Part shown: one piece after another, positions 18,348 through 28,010 of the stretch
Layout of the letters: every line of letters begins with the position of its first letter
How positions within the stretch are numbered: position 1 is the stretch's first letter
DNA from: Candidatus Kaiserbacteria bacterium
GTDB lineage: Bacteria > Patescibacteriota > Minisyncoccia > Phycocordibacterales > Phycocordibacteraceae
Assembly (NCBI GenBank): GCA_026396715.1
Contig: JAPLWH010000014.1
Span: forward strand, 8,063 to 72,062
DNA: 64,000 nt
Reading direction: 5' to 3'
The notes under the pieces: model-generated
Told to the model about the DNA's origin: nothing
Databases searched by the model: none
What the model saw: only the letters and a program-made list of their open reading frames with translations
Translations under genes and position numbers: made by a program

Positions 18348-19067
18348 GTGATATCAACTTTCTTCCACGCAGTTTTTTATAATCCGATTTACAACGCGCT
18401 CGTCGCGCTCGTCGCGCTCGTGCCCGGTTCCGACGTGGGCATCGCCGTCGTCCTCCTTACTATCGTCATTCGGCTCGTCCTACTCCCCTTCTCGCTCTCG
18501 GCGGCGCGCACCCAGCTTGCGATGAAGACTCTGGAACCGAAGCTCAAAGAGCTGAAAGAGAAATACAAGGATGACAAAGAGAAAGAGGCTCTTGAAACAC
18601 TCGCGCTCTATCGTGAAGAAAAGGTTAATCCATTTGCGAGTATCCTTACGGTTTTCATCCAGATCCCGGTGCTCCTCGCGCTTTACTGGGTCTTCCTCTA
18701 TGAACCGCTTTCCGTGATAAATACGGCGCGGCTGTACGGTTTTACGCCTGTGCCGAGCGCCGTCTCCTTTGAATTCCTCGGACTCATCCTCATCACGGGC
18801 AAGAGTCTCGTGCTTGCGATACTGGCCGGCCTGACCCAATTCCTCCAGGCGCACATGGCACTTTCAGGGACGATGAAGCCTTCGACGGGCGGCGGCATGC
18901 AGGGAGATTTCCAGAAAGTGATGGGCATGCAGCTGAAATACGTCTTCCCGTTCATCATCGGGACCATCTCCTATACGGCTTCAAGCGCCATCGCGCTGTA
19001 TTTCATCACGACGAACCTCGCGGGAGCCCTGCAGGAGTGGTATGTGCGCCGCTCAGTGCTTTCGTAA
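18348..19067 (+). CDS. yidC: Membrane protein insertase YidC/Oxa1
   Basis: AVVLLTIVIRLVLLP, LYREEKVNPF, IQIPVL; synteny. Confidence 0.9.
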   Translation: MISTFFHAVFYNPIYNALVALVALVPGSDVGIAVVLLTIVIRLVLLPFSLSAARTQLAMKTLEPKLKELKEKYKDDKEKEALETLALYREEKVNPFASILTVFIQIPVLLALYWVFLYEPLSVINTARLYGFTPVPSAVSFEFLGLILITGKSLVLAILAGLTQFLQAHMALSGTMKPSTGGGMQGDFQKVMGMQLKYVFPFIIGTISYTASSAIALYFITTNLAGALQEWYVRRSVLS

Positions 19068-19070
19068 CGC

Positions 19071-20270
19071 TTAGAGTCGATACGACCAGAGTGATCCGTC
19101 GTTCTTGTTAACGAAGACGAGCACGGTGCCTGCTGGATTGATCGCGAGCGCGGTCGCGTCGAGAGATTCTTTTGCTTCTAGCGGGAAATCGAGTACTAGC
19201 TGCGCGTAGCGGTCCGCGACCTGTATCTTCCAGAGGCGGTCATTGAAAGAAAGTGCTCCCTGGTACCAGTCGTCGGGGTAGCGAGCCTCAAGAGGCGGAT
19301 TCATGGGGACGCCGCAGTAGATGGCAGATTCGTCGGCTGCCCATACGCACTTATCGGCAATCGTAGCTATCGGGAGCGGGATGGTCGCGCCGGTTACAGT
19401 GTTTACCAATTCCATGTGCATCGCCTCATCGAGGACAGAACTGACGAGTACCCACTTCCCTGACGGGCTTGCAAGGGCTGCGAGGCCGTTTTCCGGTCCG
19501 GCGATGCGGGAGAACCGCCCAGCACTGTCGACGAGGAAAGCGTCTCCAGGAAGCTTCGCTGAAGGTTTTGTGAACGCGAGGTACTGATTCTTTCCCGCAA
19601 AGGAGACGTGCGCTGCAGAAAGAGGTGTTGAGAAGATCGTCGAGGAATGCGTCCCATCCGTGTGCGAGAGCGACGCGATGGAGCCGTTTACGCCCGAAGC
19701 GAGCGAGAGTACGCTCGTCGAGGCAGTCGCCAGGTCAGAGATGTTTTGCGATAGGAAGAAACCGTTCGTGCCATTTGCACGCAGTGCGTAGGTGTTGATG
19801 GTGGAAAAGTCGGCGCCCGACAGATAGCGTACGAAAGCGATCGATGCGTCGGGAAGCCATGCGGCTGTCTGAATGCCGGGGAGAGTCTTATTTGATGTGC
19901 GCATGAGTGTCGAAGCCGCCACTTTGTAGGAAAAGATATTGCCGCTTTGCCGCTCGATGTAGCTGACGGTAACTTCCGGCGAGGAGCTTGCGTTCGGTGC
20001 TTTGGTATCGACAACGACTTCGCCCGGCACGACCGGTCCGGCGCTTATCTTCACGAGTCGTGCAGAGACTGAGGTCGGCGAACCTGTGGCCGAGCTCGGC
20101 GCAGGAGTTTCTTCGGTAATCGGTGTCGGACTCTCCCCCGCTATCGGTAAGCCACCGCCATTATCGGGAGTTACGGTAACGGTAGTCGCCGAAAAGAAAT
20201 AAAAATAGACAGCCACTCCGACTCCGAGGAGGACGAGGATGATGCTGGTGATGATAAGTGTGCGTCGCAT
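19071..20270 (-). CDS. Membrane-anchored protein, possible beta-propeller
   Basis: N-terminal TM, Pro/Thr linker, repeated beta-rich segments, YPDDWYQG. Confidence 0.6.
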   Translation of the reverse strand: MRRTLIITSIILVLLGVGVAVYFYFFSATTVTVTPDNGGGLPIAGESPTPITEETPAPSSATGSPTSVSARLVKISAGPVVPGEVVVDTKAPNASSSPEVTVSYIERQSGNIFSYKVAASTLMRTSNKTLPGIQTAAWLPDASIAFVRYLSGADFSTINTYALRANGTNGFFLSQNISDLATASTSVLSLASGVNGSIASLSHTDGTHSSTIFSTPLSAAHVSFAGKNQYLAFTKPSAKLPGDAFLVDSAGRFSRIAGPENGLAALASPSGKWVLVSSVLDEAMHMELVNTVTGATIPLPIATIADKCVWAADESAIYCGVPMNPPLEARYPDDWYQGALSFNDRLWKIQVADRYAQLVLDFPLEAKESLDATALAINPAGTVLVFVNKNDGSLWSYRL

Positions 20271-20272
20271 AA

Positions 20273-20953
20273 TTAGAATGAAATGCTCTGGGTCGTGCCG
20301 ACACATTTGATAGCGAGAGCCAAACCTTGGCTACACCCGCTTCCGCCAAGGAGTCCGCCAAGGATTTTTTTCCCATTCGGAATGATTTGATTATTCGAGT
20401 TGATACAATAGGTTTGCCCACTGATACCTCCATCGTTCTTGCAAGATGTTATTGCGGCGTCACAGTTTCCGTCATCTGAACACGTGTACAGTTTAAACGC
20501 TGATCCGTTACTGGATGTGGCGTCAGCCACTGGCTTTGGTGTCCCGTAATTTACTGCCGGTGCAGTCAGATCAAGCTCTGGGAGACTCAAGGAGAGGTTC
20601 AGGATGCTTGGATTGATGATGGAGAAGACGAGTACTGGCGAGAGGACAAGAATGAGTCCGCCGATGGCATTGTAAATCCTCTCCTTGGCATTGCTTTTTG
20701 AAGAGACGCTGTCTTGGGTCGAGTACTCGAGTCCGCCCCAGATAATCTCGATGATGGCGAGTATCGCGGCGAGGCCGATGAGATATTTGTAGAGATTATT
20801 GAAAAACTCAGCGAGGTTTCCCGAGGTCGCGGCGCCCCCTTCAGTAAGACCCGGGATGGGTGCGAGCGGTACAAAGTCTTGAGCGGCGAAAACATGCGGC
20901 ACGAGTCCGATAAAGAGGAAGAATATAGACGACAGTAGTATTTTTTTCATCAT
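20273..20953 (-). CDS. Pilin-like (TrbC/VirB2-like) membrane protein
   Basis: Signal peptide, then LYKYLIGLAAILAIIEIIWGGLEY...AKERIYNAIGGLILV...IINP; Cys-rich tail. Confidence 0.65.
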   Translation of the reverse strand: MMKKILLSSIFFLFIGLVPHVFAAQDFVPLAPIPGLTEGGAATSGNLAEFFNNLYKYLIGLAAILAIIEIIWGGLEYSTQDSVSSKSNAKERIYNAIGGLILVLSPVLVFSIINPSILNLSLSLPELDLTAPAVNYGTPKPVADATSSNGSAFKLYTCSDDGNCDAAITSCKNDGGISGQTYCINSNNQIIPNGKKILGGLLGGSGCSQGLALAIKCVGTTQSISF

Positions 20954-21031
20954 CCCGTTAGAAATGGAATTGGGGTGCTGCCGTTGCGGCATAGTTTTGG
21001 TATTCATAAATTGTTTTGAATTTCTAACGGG
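20954..21031. mobile_element. MITE-like element, CCCGTTAG family (copy 1)
   Basis: Terminal inverted repeats CCCGTTAGAAAT/ATTTCTAACGGG at the pilin start codon. Confidence 0.7.
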
Positions 21032-21033
21032 AC

Positions 21034-22026
21034 TCATAGGCCGAAGAGGTTAAAGCTTTTCGCTGCGCCGAAAGAGAGAGTGAGATTAGTATTTGCGGTC
21101 GTGGAGTTGCCAGTCGAGGCGGTAACCGAGAGCGACGCCGTCCCTTCCCCATTTCCCGACGGTCGGAGCGTTATGGTGCTGCCCGTTTGAGCCGATTCTC
21201 CGTTTAAGAACCATTGGAGAAGTGGTGAGCCACTAGTTGTCGGTAAGGAGAATGGTGCGGCAAACAACGACGCCTCAGCGCCGGTAATAGCGTATTGCTC
21301 GGGGAGTGCATGGTCGAAGAGGATGCCGAGCAGCGCATCGTTCTGGTAAATACGGAGGGAAGGTTCTTCCGCAGCAAGCGAGAGCGACGCGCCACCGACG
21401 AGACTTCCATTGGGGCTCGTGACCGCGACGGAGACCGAGCGTGCGCGGTACTGGAGCGGCGACGCGACCAAGATTGCCGTCCGCCCGATGCCCGAGGAAT
21501 TTGCGATCTGTCGGTCGTCGACCGACCATGCGTATGAGAGCGTATTGGGCGCGAGCGTCTTCCCTCGCGCATCTTGGAAGTTCGCCATCGCAACGACGCG
21601 CACGCTCCCCTGGAGTGGTATCAAGGGCTTACCAAGGTAGAGCGACGGTGCCGAAGAGATCGGCTCAGCGACAAGTACGACGTCTTGCGGCTGGATGAAT
21701 ATCGACTGGACATAGGGCACACCATTTGAAGAAATCGTTACTTTTACGTTTGTGACACTTCCTGCTTTCCCGAGCGGGATGCTGAGGGGCTGTACAGCAC
21801 CTCGGTAGAATTCTTTTCCGGCGAGTGCGACGGTCATGACGGCATTGGCAAGATCGAGAGTATTTGAGAGGAGAGAGATCGTCGCCTGTCCGTATGGTGT
21901 CGGGTATTGTGGGCGCGCCGAGACCGTAAAGGATGCGCTGTCGGCGCCGCTCCCGAGGGATTGCGCGTCGGCAGTCGACGGCAGGAGCGCGAGAATGAAA
22001 AAAGCAGCGAAGAGATAGGAACTCAT
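21034..22026 (-). CDS. Secreted protein with Ig-like segments
   Basis: Signal peptide; LSYAWSVD and LQWFLNG beta-sandwich-type motifs. Confidence 0.6.
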   Translation of the reverse strand: MSSYLFAAFFILALLPSTADAQSLGSGADSASFTVSARPQYPTPYGQATISLLSNTLDLANAVMTVALAGKEFYRGAVQPLSIPLGKAGSVTNVKVTISSNGVPYVQSIFIQPQDVVLVAEPISSAPSLYLGKPLIPLQGSVRVVAMANFQDARGKTLAPNTLSYAWSVDDRQIANSSGIGRTAILVASPLQYRARSVSVAVTSPNGSLVGGASLSLAAEEPSLRIYQNDALLGILFDHALPEQYAITGAEASLFAAPFSLPTTSGSPLLQWFLNGESAQTGSTITLRPSGNGEGTASLSVTASTGNSTTANTNLTLSFGAAKSFNLFGL

Positions 22027-22055
22027 GCTCCTAGTATATAGCCTTTCTGGAATAC

Positions 22056-22757
22056 TTATGCCGCTTTGCGCAGTTCGTCGGGGATATTTTTTCCTCGCGA
22101 CGTCTTCCCTGCCCGCTCCGAAGGGAAACGCAAGACACTCGCTGGTGTGCCGGTAGATTCCTCACCCTCTTCCCCTCCCTCCTCCATCTCCATCACTTCT
22201 TGTTGTTGAGCGGCGTTCGCCGGAACTTCTTGGAACTGTCTCATTTCAGCGGCGCGTTGCTGGCGTTCTTGAATCTCCGCAGCAGCATTCTCCGAATGAT
22301 ATTTTTTCAAGGTCTTTTCGTCGTTTTTGATTTGCGTGCGATACATCCTTAGTACTGTAGCGGTAAGTGCCGGCAGCGAACCGAGAATGGGAACTTCGCT
22401 GAGGATAAGACTCCCTCCGAACCAAAGGATGTTTTCTTCGAACAGGCGCGCATTTGTTCCCAGTATCCAAAGAACGATTGTGAGCCACCCCATGAGTCCG
22501 AGTGCCATAGCCAAAATGATGCCAAATGTCGCGAAGAGTGGTGAGCCGAGGGATCCTGCTGCTGCGGCTGCTGATCCGCAAAACATGCCGGCGACTTTTA
22601 CTGCAGTCGCGCCACCGCCAACCACTGCGGCCGCTTTCGCGGTGCAATAGACCGCGGCGAAGGATGGGCCGAAAAACCAAAATTGCTCGCTTATGAATCG
22701 GAGGATATCAAAGACGATTGCGACCGCGAGAACGGGCGTCGCCTTCGTCCATGTCAT
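22056..22757 (-). CDS. Hypothetical membrane protein
   Basis: Several TM helices and a charged C-terminal tail; in operon after VirB4. Confidence 0.55.
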   Translation of the reverse strand: MTWTKATPVLAVAIVFDILRFISEQFWFFGPSFAAVYCTAKAAAVVGGGATAVKVAGMFCGSAAAAAGSLGSPLFATFGIILAMALGLMGWLTIVLWILGTNARLFEENILWFGGSLILSEVPILGSLPALTATVLRMYRTQIKNDEKTLKKYHSENAAAEIQERQQRAAEMRQFQEVPANAAQQQEVMEMEEGGEEGEESTGTPASVLRFPSERAGKTSRGKNIPDELRKAA

Positions 22758-22770
22758 CGCCTCGGGCGGC

Positions 22771-24591
22771 TTACTGATTCTTCGTGAGGGCATGGCGGTC
22801 CTTCTCCTGTTTGATAGCAAGAACCTGTGAAGGGTCGGAAGTAATGATCTGGTCTTCGGTGTAGCTTGCGACGATCTTTATCGCGACGTGTTTGAGTCCC
22901 GCGAAGAAGAGTCCCTCCCCCACCCCCGCTTCGAGCAAGAGATATTTCTCTTCATCGGTCAGGTTGAAGGTCTGTTGCAGGACATCAATCGTTGTCGGCG
23001 ATTGCTTGAGCAATAGTTGTAGCGATGAGTTTGTGAGGATCGGCCGCCCATAGGGACTCTTCAAGAAGTCTTCGACGTCTTGGGTAATGGTACAGACACC
23101 TAGGTAGTATTTACGACCGCGTTTCGCGACGGAGTAAAGGAACGAGGCAGTGTCTTCGCTCTTCATCATCCACCAGGCTTCGTCGATGACGAGTAGGCGC
23201 TTCTTCAGGTCATGGCGCACGGCATTCCAGATGTAGTGCGTGATGATATACATCGCGACCGGCTTCAGCTCGTCTTCCATGTCGCGCACCGAAAAGACGA
23301 CGAATTGCTGCTTGAGGTCTATGTTTGTCGGCTGATTGAGGAATCCTGCCCAGGTACCGCGCGTGTATTTGGAAAGACGCTCGACGAGCGATTCGCTTCC
23401 CTCCATGCCGGAGAGTACCTGTTCGAAGTCGGAGAGCGACGGCGATTCCGCACCGGTAAAATCGGCGTCGCCGGTAATGTCTTTGAGCGCATAGGTCTCG
23501 CTGATGGCGCGGTCGATGATGGCGTCTTCTTCCGGACTCAATCCGGAGAGCATGATGCGGAAGAGTCCGACGAGCGCGATGATGTTGGAACGCAGGATGT
23601 CCTTCGGGTCTTCGTCTTCTTTTACCGGAGGCAGGTCGAACGGGTTGATGTGATGCTCGGAAGAGAGCGATATATGGAATGAGCGTCCGCCCGTCGCTTC
23701 CGCGAGCTGCTCGTATTCGCGCTCGGGATCAATGACGATGATGTCGGTGCCGAACATGAGTGAGCGCAGGAGCTCGAGCTTCGTTGCATAGCTCTTTCCG
23801 GAGCCGGATTTCGCGAAGATGACGGAATTGTAGTTCTCGAGCGAGAAGCGGTCGAAGAGGATGAGGGATGAGTTGTGGCGATTGATGCCGTAGAGGATGC
23901 CGCGATCGCTCGTGAGGTCGAAAGACACGAAAGGAAAGAGCGACGAGAGCGGTGCGGAATCGAGTTTCGAATTGACGAGGAGCTCGTCGGTGCCGAGCGG
24001 GAGGCACGAGCGGAAGCCTTGTTCCTGCTGGAAGAGCGCCGGCTTGGTGTAGACGAGCTTCGCGTCGAGGATGCCGCGGATGTCCCCTTCCGTCTTATCG
24101 ATCTCTTCTTTGGTGTCACCGTAGAGCGCGAGGTAGAGCCCGACGTCAAAAAGTTTTTCCTGAGCTTGCTGCAGATTGTCACGCAACGTTTCGAGATCCT
24201 GGTACGCAGTGTCGAGCAGTGGATCGCGGACGAGTCCTTTCGCTTCACGTTCGCTGATCTGACTCTGAACCTCGGCAACTTTCTTCTGGAAGCCACGGAG
24301 TGCGACCTCGGTCTCTATCGGATGGATGAATATGGAAATATCGAGCACTTTGTCGAGATTGATGACGGGCGAAAACCAACTATCAGAAAGGAATCGTGGG
24401 TATGAAATCGTGTAGAACACCCGGGCAAACTTTTCTCCGAGCTCGATTTCGCGCGAACTTATCTTGAGTGCTGCCGGAGCGATCGTGTCAACAAGGTCCA
24501 GGGAGCCCTGGCGGTAGATATCGGACGGCAGAACCGGGATGATCGCCGGTGCCTCTTCTTTCTTTCGACCAAGGAAATCAAGCAGTGCCAT
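22771..24591 (-). CDS. VirB4-like conjugation/T4SS ATPase
   Basis: FAKSGSGKSY Walker A, VIDPEREY, HINPFD, LVIDEAW, KRGRKY. Confidence 0.88.
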   Translation of the reverse strand: MALLDFLGRKKEEAPAIIPVLPSDIYRQGSLDLVDTIAPAALKISSREIELGEKFARVFYTISYPRFLSDSWFSPVINLDKVLDISIFIHPIETEVALRGFQKKVAEVQSQISEREAKGLVRDPLLDTAYQDLETLRDNLQQAQEKLFDVGLYLALYGDTKEEIDKTEGDIRGILDAKLVYTKPALFQQEQGFRSCLPLGTDELLVNSKLDSAPLSSLFPFVSFDLTSDRGILYGINRHNSSLILFDRFSLENYNSVIFAKSGSGKSYATKLELLRSLMFGTDIIVIDPEREYEQLAEATGGRSFHISLSSEHHINPFDLPPVKEDEDPKDILRSNIIALVGLFRIMLSGLSPEEDAIIDRAISETYALKDITGDADFTGAESPSLSDFEQVLSGMEGSESLVERLSKYTRGTWAGFLNQPTNIDLKQQFVVFSVRDMEDELKPVAMYIITHYIWNAVRHDLKKRLLVIDEAWWMMKSEDTASFLYSVAKRGRKYYLGVCTITQDVEDFLKSPYGRPILTNSSLQLLLKQSPTTIDVLQQTFNLTDEEKYLLLEAGVGEGLFFAGLKHVAIKIVASYTEDQIITSDPSQVLAIKQEKDRHALTKNQ

Positions 24592-24592
24592 A

Positions 24593-25228
24593 TTAATTAT
24601 CTAAGCGGATAGGGTTTTCGAGCTCTCCCGGATTGAAAGAGCGATAGAGGAGCTCGATGGCTTCTTCAGTGCCGAGAGGGACTGCGCGGACGCCGGTACC
24701 AGCTAAGCCGCCGATGACGAGCGAAAGACGCTGTTCAAGTTGTGCGCGATCTTCTTCGAAGGAAGTCGCCGCTGCCGCGCTTTTCGCCCCGGCGCTCTCG
24801 CGACGCAGGAAGCCGACGGCGCGCGCGGCGGAGACATGCGGCGCGAACGGTACGACAATATAGAACGACTTGGTCATGATGTTCGCCTGGTCAGTGAAGG
24901 AACGTACGAATTCGATGTATTCGCGCAGCTGTATCCGCATGAGCTCGGTCTTTTGTTCCGGCTCCTTCCCTTCTAGTAAGGCAAGGTACGGGCGCAAATC
25001 CATCTTGCGAGAGTTCACCACGATCTGTATCGAGAAATCGAGCGTGTTGAGGAAATTCTGAAAGCCGAGCGTGATCGCGTGCTGCTCGTCAGCGGATTTA
25101 AGTCCGAAGTTTATGGAAGAACAGAGGAGTACGCCACGGTACCCGCCGTCTTTGAGGATGATCGTACCGTTCCGGATCTCTTTGACCGGAACGAATTGTT
25201 GCGTCGCACCTGCGGGTTTTTCAGTCAT
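24593..25228 (-). CDS. VirB4-associated protein
   Basis: TQQFVPVKEIRNGTIILK, SINFGLKSADEQ; between PrgI and VirB4. Confidence 0.65.
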   Translation of the reverse strand: MTEKPAGATQQFVPVKEIRNGTIILKDGGYRGVLLCSSINFGLKSADEQHAITLGFQNFLNTLDFSIQIVVNSRKMDLRPYLALLEGKEPEQKTELMRIQLREYIEFVRSFTDQANIMTKSFYIVVPFAPHVSAARAVGFLRRESAGAKSAAAATSFEEDRAQLEQRLSLVIGGLAGTGVRAVPLGTEEAIELLYRSFNPGELENPIRLDN

Positions 25229-25229
25229 A

Positions 25230-25667
25230 TCAGGATTCTTTATGTGGTGTGGTGACATCGAGCGACCAAGCGAGATCGGAAAGTCTTCCGCGTGTCAGTC
25301 TCGGGGTGTGGGCGGCTTTTTTGAGCGCTGCTTCTGCTTCCACGGCCGCCGCTGCGGCGGCCGTGACATTCTTTTCCGACTGCATAGGCTCATGGTGCTT
25401 CCAGAGAAAGAGTTTTGCGCCTACGTAGTAATTAAAACCGGCTTCGAGCATTTCGATAAATGATTTTCCGTTTACCCGATAGAATGCGAGCGCCGCTGCG
25501 AACGCTGCAACCGGTAGCGAGAACAAGACGGCGAAGATGAATGAAAAATAAGCAAAGAAGGTGACGCAAAGTCCGGTCGCACCTGCAATGTAAATGAATT
25601 GACGCAGGGTCAGCGGCCCAATGATCTTATCTTCGACCTCGATGAATTGCGGAACGTGGTACTCCAT
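25230..25667 (-). CDS. PrgI family protein
   Basis: YHVPQFIEVEDKIIGPLTLRQF plus two TM helices. Confidence 0.85.
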   Translation of the reverse strand: MEYHVPQFIEVEDKIIGPLTLRQFIYIAGATGLCVTFFAYFSFIFAVLFSLPVAAFAAALAFYRVNGKSFIEMLEAGFNYYVGAKLFLWKHHEPMQSEKNVTAAAAAAVEAEAALKKAAHTPRLTRGRLSDLAWSLDVTTPHKES

Positions 25668-25740
25668 TGTCTTCAGTATACCAGTCGCTGCCCCGCACTG
25701 TCGTCACGCACATGTGTAATACAATTTTTGTGGACGTACC

Positions 25741-26001
25741 CTAAGCCCCGCTCCCCTTAATGTCTTTCGATTGAATCGGGCTCTCGATGCCTGGTGACCA
25801 TTTTGCTTGAATCGTGCCGAATTTCTTTTCGTATTCGTCGATTTGATGAGCGAGGCTCTGTACGAGTCGCTTCATGTGCGGTGGCGTGAGCGCGTAGGCT
25901 TGCGCTGTTTCTCCGACGCTCATGATCATGACGAAATTTTCTTCCGAGTGTCCGGCGGCGACATTTTCGCAGAATTGCTTGGGGATTTTATTGAAGTCCA
26001 T
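25741..26001 (-). CDS. Small conserved hypothetical protein (DUF3467-like)
   Basis: MDFNKIPKQFCENV...LTPPHMKRLVQSLAHQIDEYEKKFGTI. Confidence 0.55.
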   Translation of the reverse strand: MDFNKIPKQFCENVAAGHSEENFVMIMSVGETAQAYALTPPHMKRLVQSLAHQIDEYEKKFGTIQAKWSPGIESPIQSKDIKGSGA

Positions 26002-26008
26002 AGGCGTA

Positions 26009-26644
26009 CTATACCCCACTGCCTGAGACGAGCATAAAGACCCAGGTGACGAAACTGAAAAACGGTCCGGAGAGGATATAGGAGAAGACAATAAGAAAGA
26101 GGACGAGTGAGAGCGCGCCTGCGGTACGGACTTGGTGTTCAAAACGGCCGAGTCCAGTAGCGAGGTGCCACGGAAGCGCGCCGCGCAGCACGGTAAAACC
26201 ATCGAGCGGCGGAAACGGGATGAGATTGAAAAAACCGAGGAAGAGATTGACGAAAGCGATTGTCGCAGCAAGCGAGAGTGCGCTCGCATCAAATCCTGCC
26301 GCCGAGCCGTACCGCACGAGAAGTCCGAAGATGAGCGCGAGAAAGAGGTTGGTCGCGCTGCCGGCGCCCGCAACGAGCATCTCTCCCCATCGCCGATTTT
26401 GCAGATTGTAGGGATTGTAGGGTACCGGTTTCGCCCAGCCGAAGAGTATCGGCGAGTGTGTGAAGACGAGAAGTGCTGGGAGGACGATCGAGCCCATGGG
26501 GTCGATATGTGGGAGCGGATTGAGCGTCAGGCGTCCGGCGAGGCGCGCGGTCGGGTCACCGAGGGAATTGGCCGCGTAGCCGTGGGCGACCTCGTGGGCG
26601 ATAACCGAAAGGATGAGAACGACAAGTGAAAGGAGGGTGTCCAT
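26009..26644 (-). CDS. Site-2 protease (peptidase M50)
   Basis: HEVAHG, LTLNPLPHID, FNLIPFPPLDG. Confidence 0.9.
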   Translation of the reverse strand: MDTLLSLVVLILSVIAHEVAHGYAANSLGDPTARLAGRLTLNPLPHIDPMGSIVLPALLVFTHSPILFGWAKPVPYNPYNLQNRRWGEMLVAGAGSATNLFLALIFGLLVRYGSAAGFDASALSLAATIAFVNLFLGFFNLIPFPPLDGFTVLRGALPWHLATGLGRFEHQVRTAGALSLVLFLIVFSYILSGPFFSFVTWVFMLVSGSGV

Positions 26645-26683
26645 GTTTGCTGGTTTCGTATCCTATGCTACCATGCGACAACT

Positions 26684-26926
26684 ATGGCAAGAACCTGCGA
26701 AATTACCGGAAAGAGCACGCAAATTGGCGGTCGGTACTCTAACCGTACCCGCGCGACACAATTTAACCCGACGGGCAAGGTGCGCCGAAAGGCAAATCTC
26801 CAGAAGCGCCGCATTTACGTGCCGGAGCTCAAGAAGACGGTTATCGTCGATATTTCAGTAAAGGGTCTCAAGACCATCAAGAAGAACGGTGCGTTCGCAG
26901 CACTCAAGAAGGCCGGAGCTATCTAG
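26684..26926 (+). CDS. rpmB: 50S ribosomal protein L28
   Basis: MARTCEITGK...RRKANLQ...VKGLKTIKK. Confidence 0.9.
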   Translation: MARTCEITGKSTQIGGRYSNRTRATQFNPTGKVRRKANLQKRRIYVPELKKTVIVDISVKGLKTIKKNGAFAALKKAGAI

Positions 26927-27381
26927 TTTTTAATCTTCGTGACGGTTCCTCCGTCCGAGACAAAAACGCCCGCAGGGGCGTTTTTGCGTATCTCGATATC
27001 AATATAGGTATCGGTACCGAAAGTAAGTCGCTGGCTGTGCGTCAGGGATATCTGCCGCGTCACTTGGTAATGACTGAGAACATCTGGCAGTCCGCCGACG
27101 GCGCTGCTTTTCCCGCTGGTAAGCAGTACCACGTCGATTCTCCTTTGCCATGGCGGTAGCTCTTTTCCGAGCGCGCGCAATATGCTCGCATCGGGGCCGG
27201 TGTCGATGAGGATTGTCGCGCCGCTCGGCGTGTGAAATAAGGTCGCGCTACCCTTCCCCACATCGAGCGGCACCGCGGTAAGCACTCGCGGCGCAAGCAG
27301 TACGTGATACACGCTGATATTTCCCACAAGGAGGACGCTAAGAAGGAGGAAGTAAAAACGTCTCGGCAGTTCGCTTTGCAT
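26923..27381 (-). CDS. Truncated ComEC-type metallo-beta-lactamase domain protein
   Basis: LDVGKGSATLF..ILIDTGPD..RIDVVLLT; the HxHxDH ligands are replaced (TSGKSSAVGG). Confidence 0.65.
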   Translation of the reverse strand: MQSELPRRFYFLLLSVLLVGNISVYHVLLAPRVLTAVPLDVGKGSATLFHTPSGATILIDTGPDASILRALGKELPPWQRRIDVVLLTSGKSSAVGGLPDVLSHYQVTRQISLTHSQRLTFGTDTYIDIEIRKNAPAGVFVSDGGTVTKIKN

Positions 27382-27398
27382 ATGATAGATTTTATCTC

Positions 27399-28010
27399 AT
27401 GACCTACCCAATCAAAGCATTTAATCTACCTACTCTAAACGGACTTTCAGAAAAACAGATCAAGGTGCATCTCGCGCTTTATGAAGGTTACGTGAAGCAT
27501 GCGAATCTGATCATGGAAAAGCTTGCCGCTGTTCGTGCTGGCACGCTTGAGCTCGATGCGTACATTGTCGCGGAATTGCGCCGCCGTTTCGCTTTTGAGT
27601 TTGACGGTATGCGCATGCATGAGTACTACTTTACGCAATTTGAGGGTGGTTCGGTCCCCTCCTCTGCCGACAGCGCTCTTGCGAAGGCAGTTGCCGAGAA
27701 ATATGGTTCGACTTCGCTCACCACAGGTGGCAGCGGACTTGAAGCACATGTGAAGGAAGTCGCCGGAAGCCGTGGTATCGGCTGGGTCGTCGTCTATGCC
27801 GATCCTTCTGCACAGACGCTTCACGCGGTCTTTGTAAATGATCACGAAGTCGGGCAGCTCTCTGGACTACCGATCATTCTCGCTCTCGACCTTTGGGAGC
27901 ACGCCTTTATGGTGGACTACGTCCCCGCGGAGAAGAAGAATTATATCGAGGCTTTCTTTTCCAATCTCAATTGGAGCGTCGTCGAAAAGCGTTTTGAGGA
28001 AGCGAAATAG
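27399..28010 (+). CDS. sod: Fe/Mn superoxide dismutase family protein
   Basis: VHLALYEGYV, MHEYYF, LDLWEHAFMVDY, NLNWSVVEKRF. Confidence 0.85.
   Translation: MTYPIKAFNLPTLNGLSEKQIKVHLALYEGYVKHANLIMEKLAAVRAGTLELDAYIVAELRRRFAFEFDGMRMHEYYFTQFEGGSVPSSADSALAKAVAEKYGSTSLTTGGSGLEAHVKEVAGSRGIGWVVVYADPSAQTLHAVFVNDHEVGQLSGLPIILALDLWEHAFMVDYVPAEKKNYIEAFFSNLNWSVVEKRFEEAK
27704..27728 (+). repeat. REP-like element in frame in sod
   Basis: TGGTTCGACTTCGCTCACCACAGGT, 24/25 identical to the copy in comEC. Confidence 0.75.
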
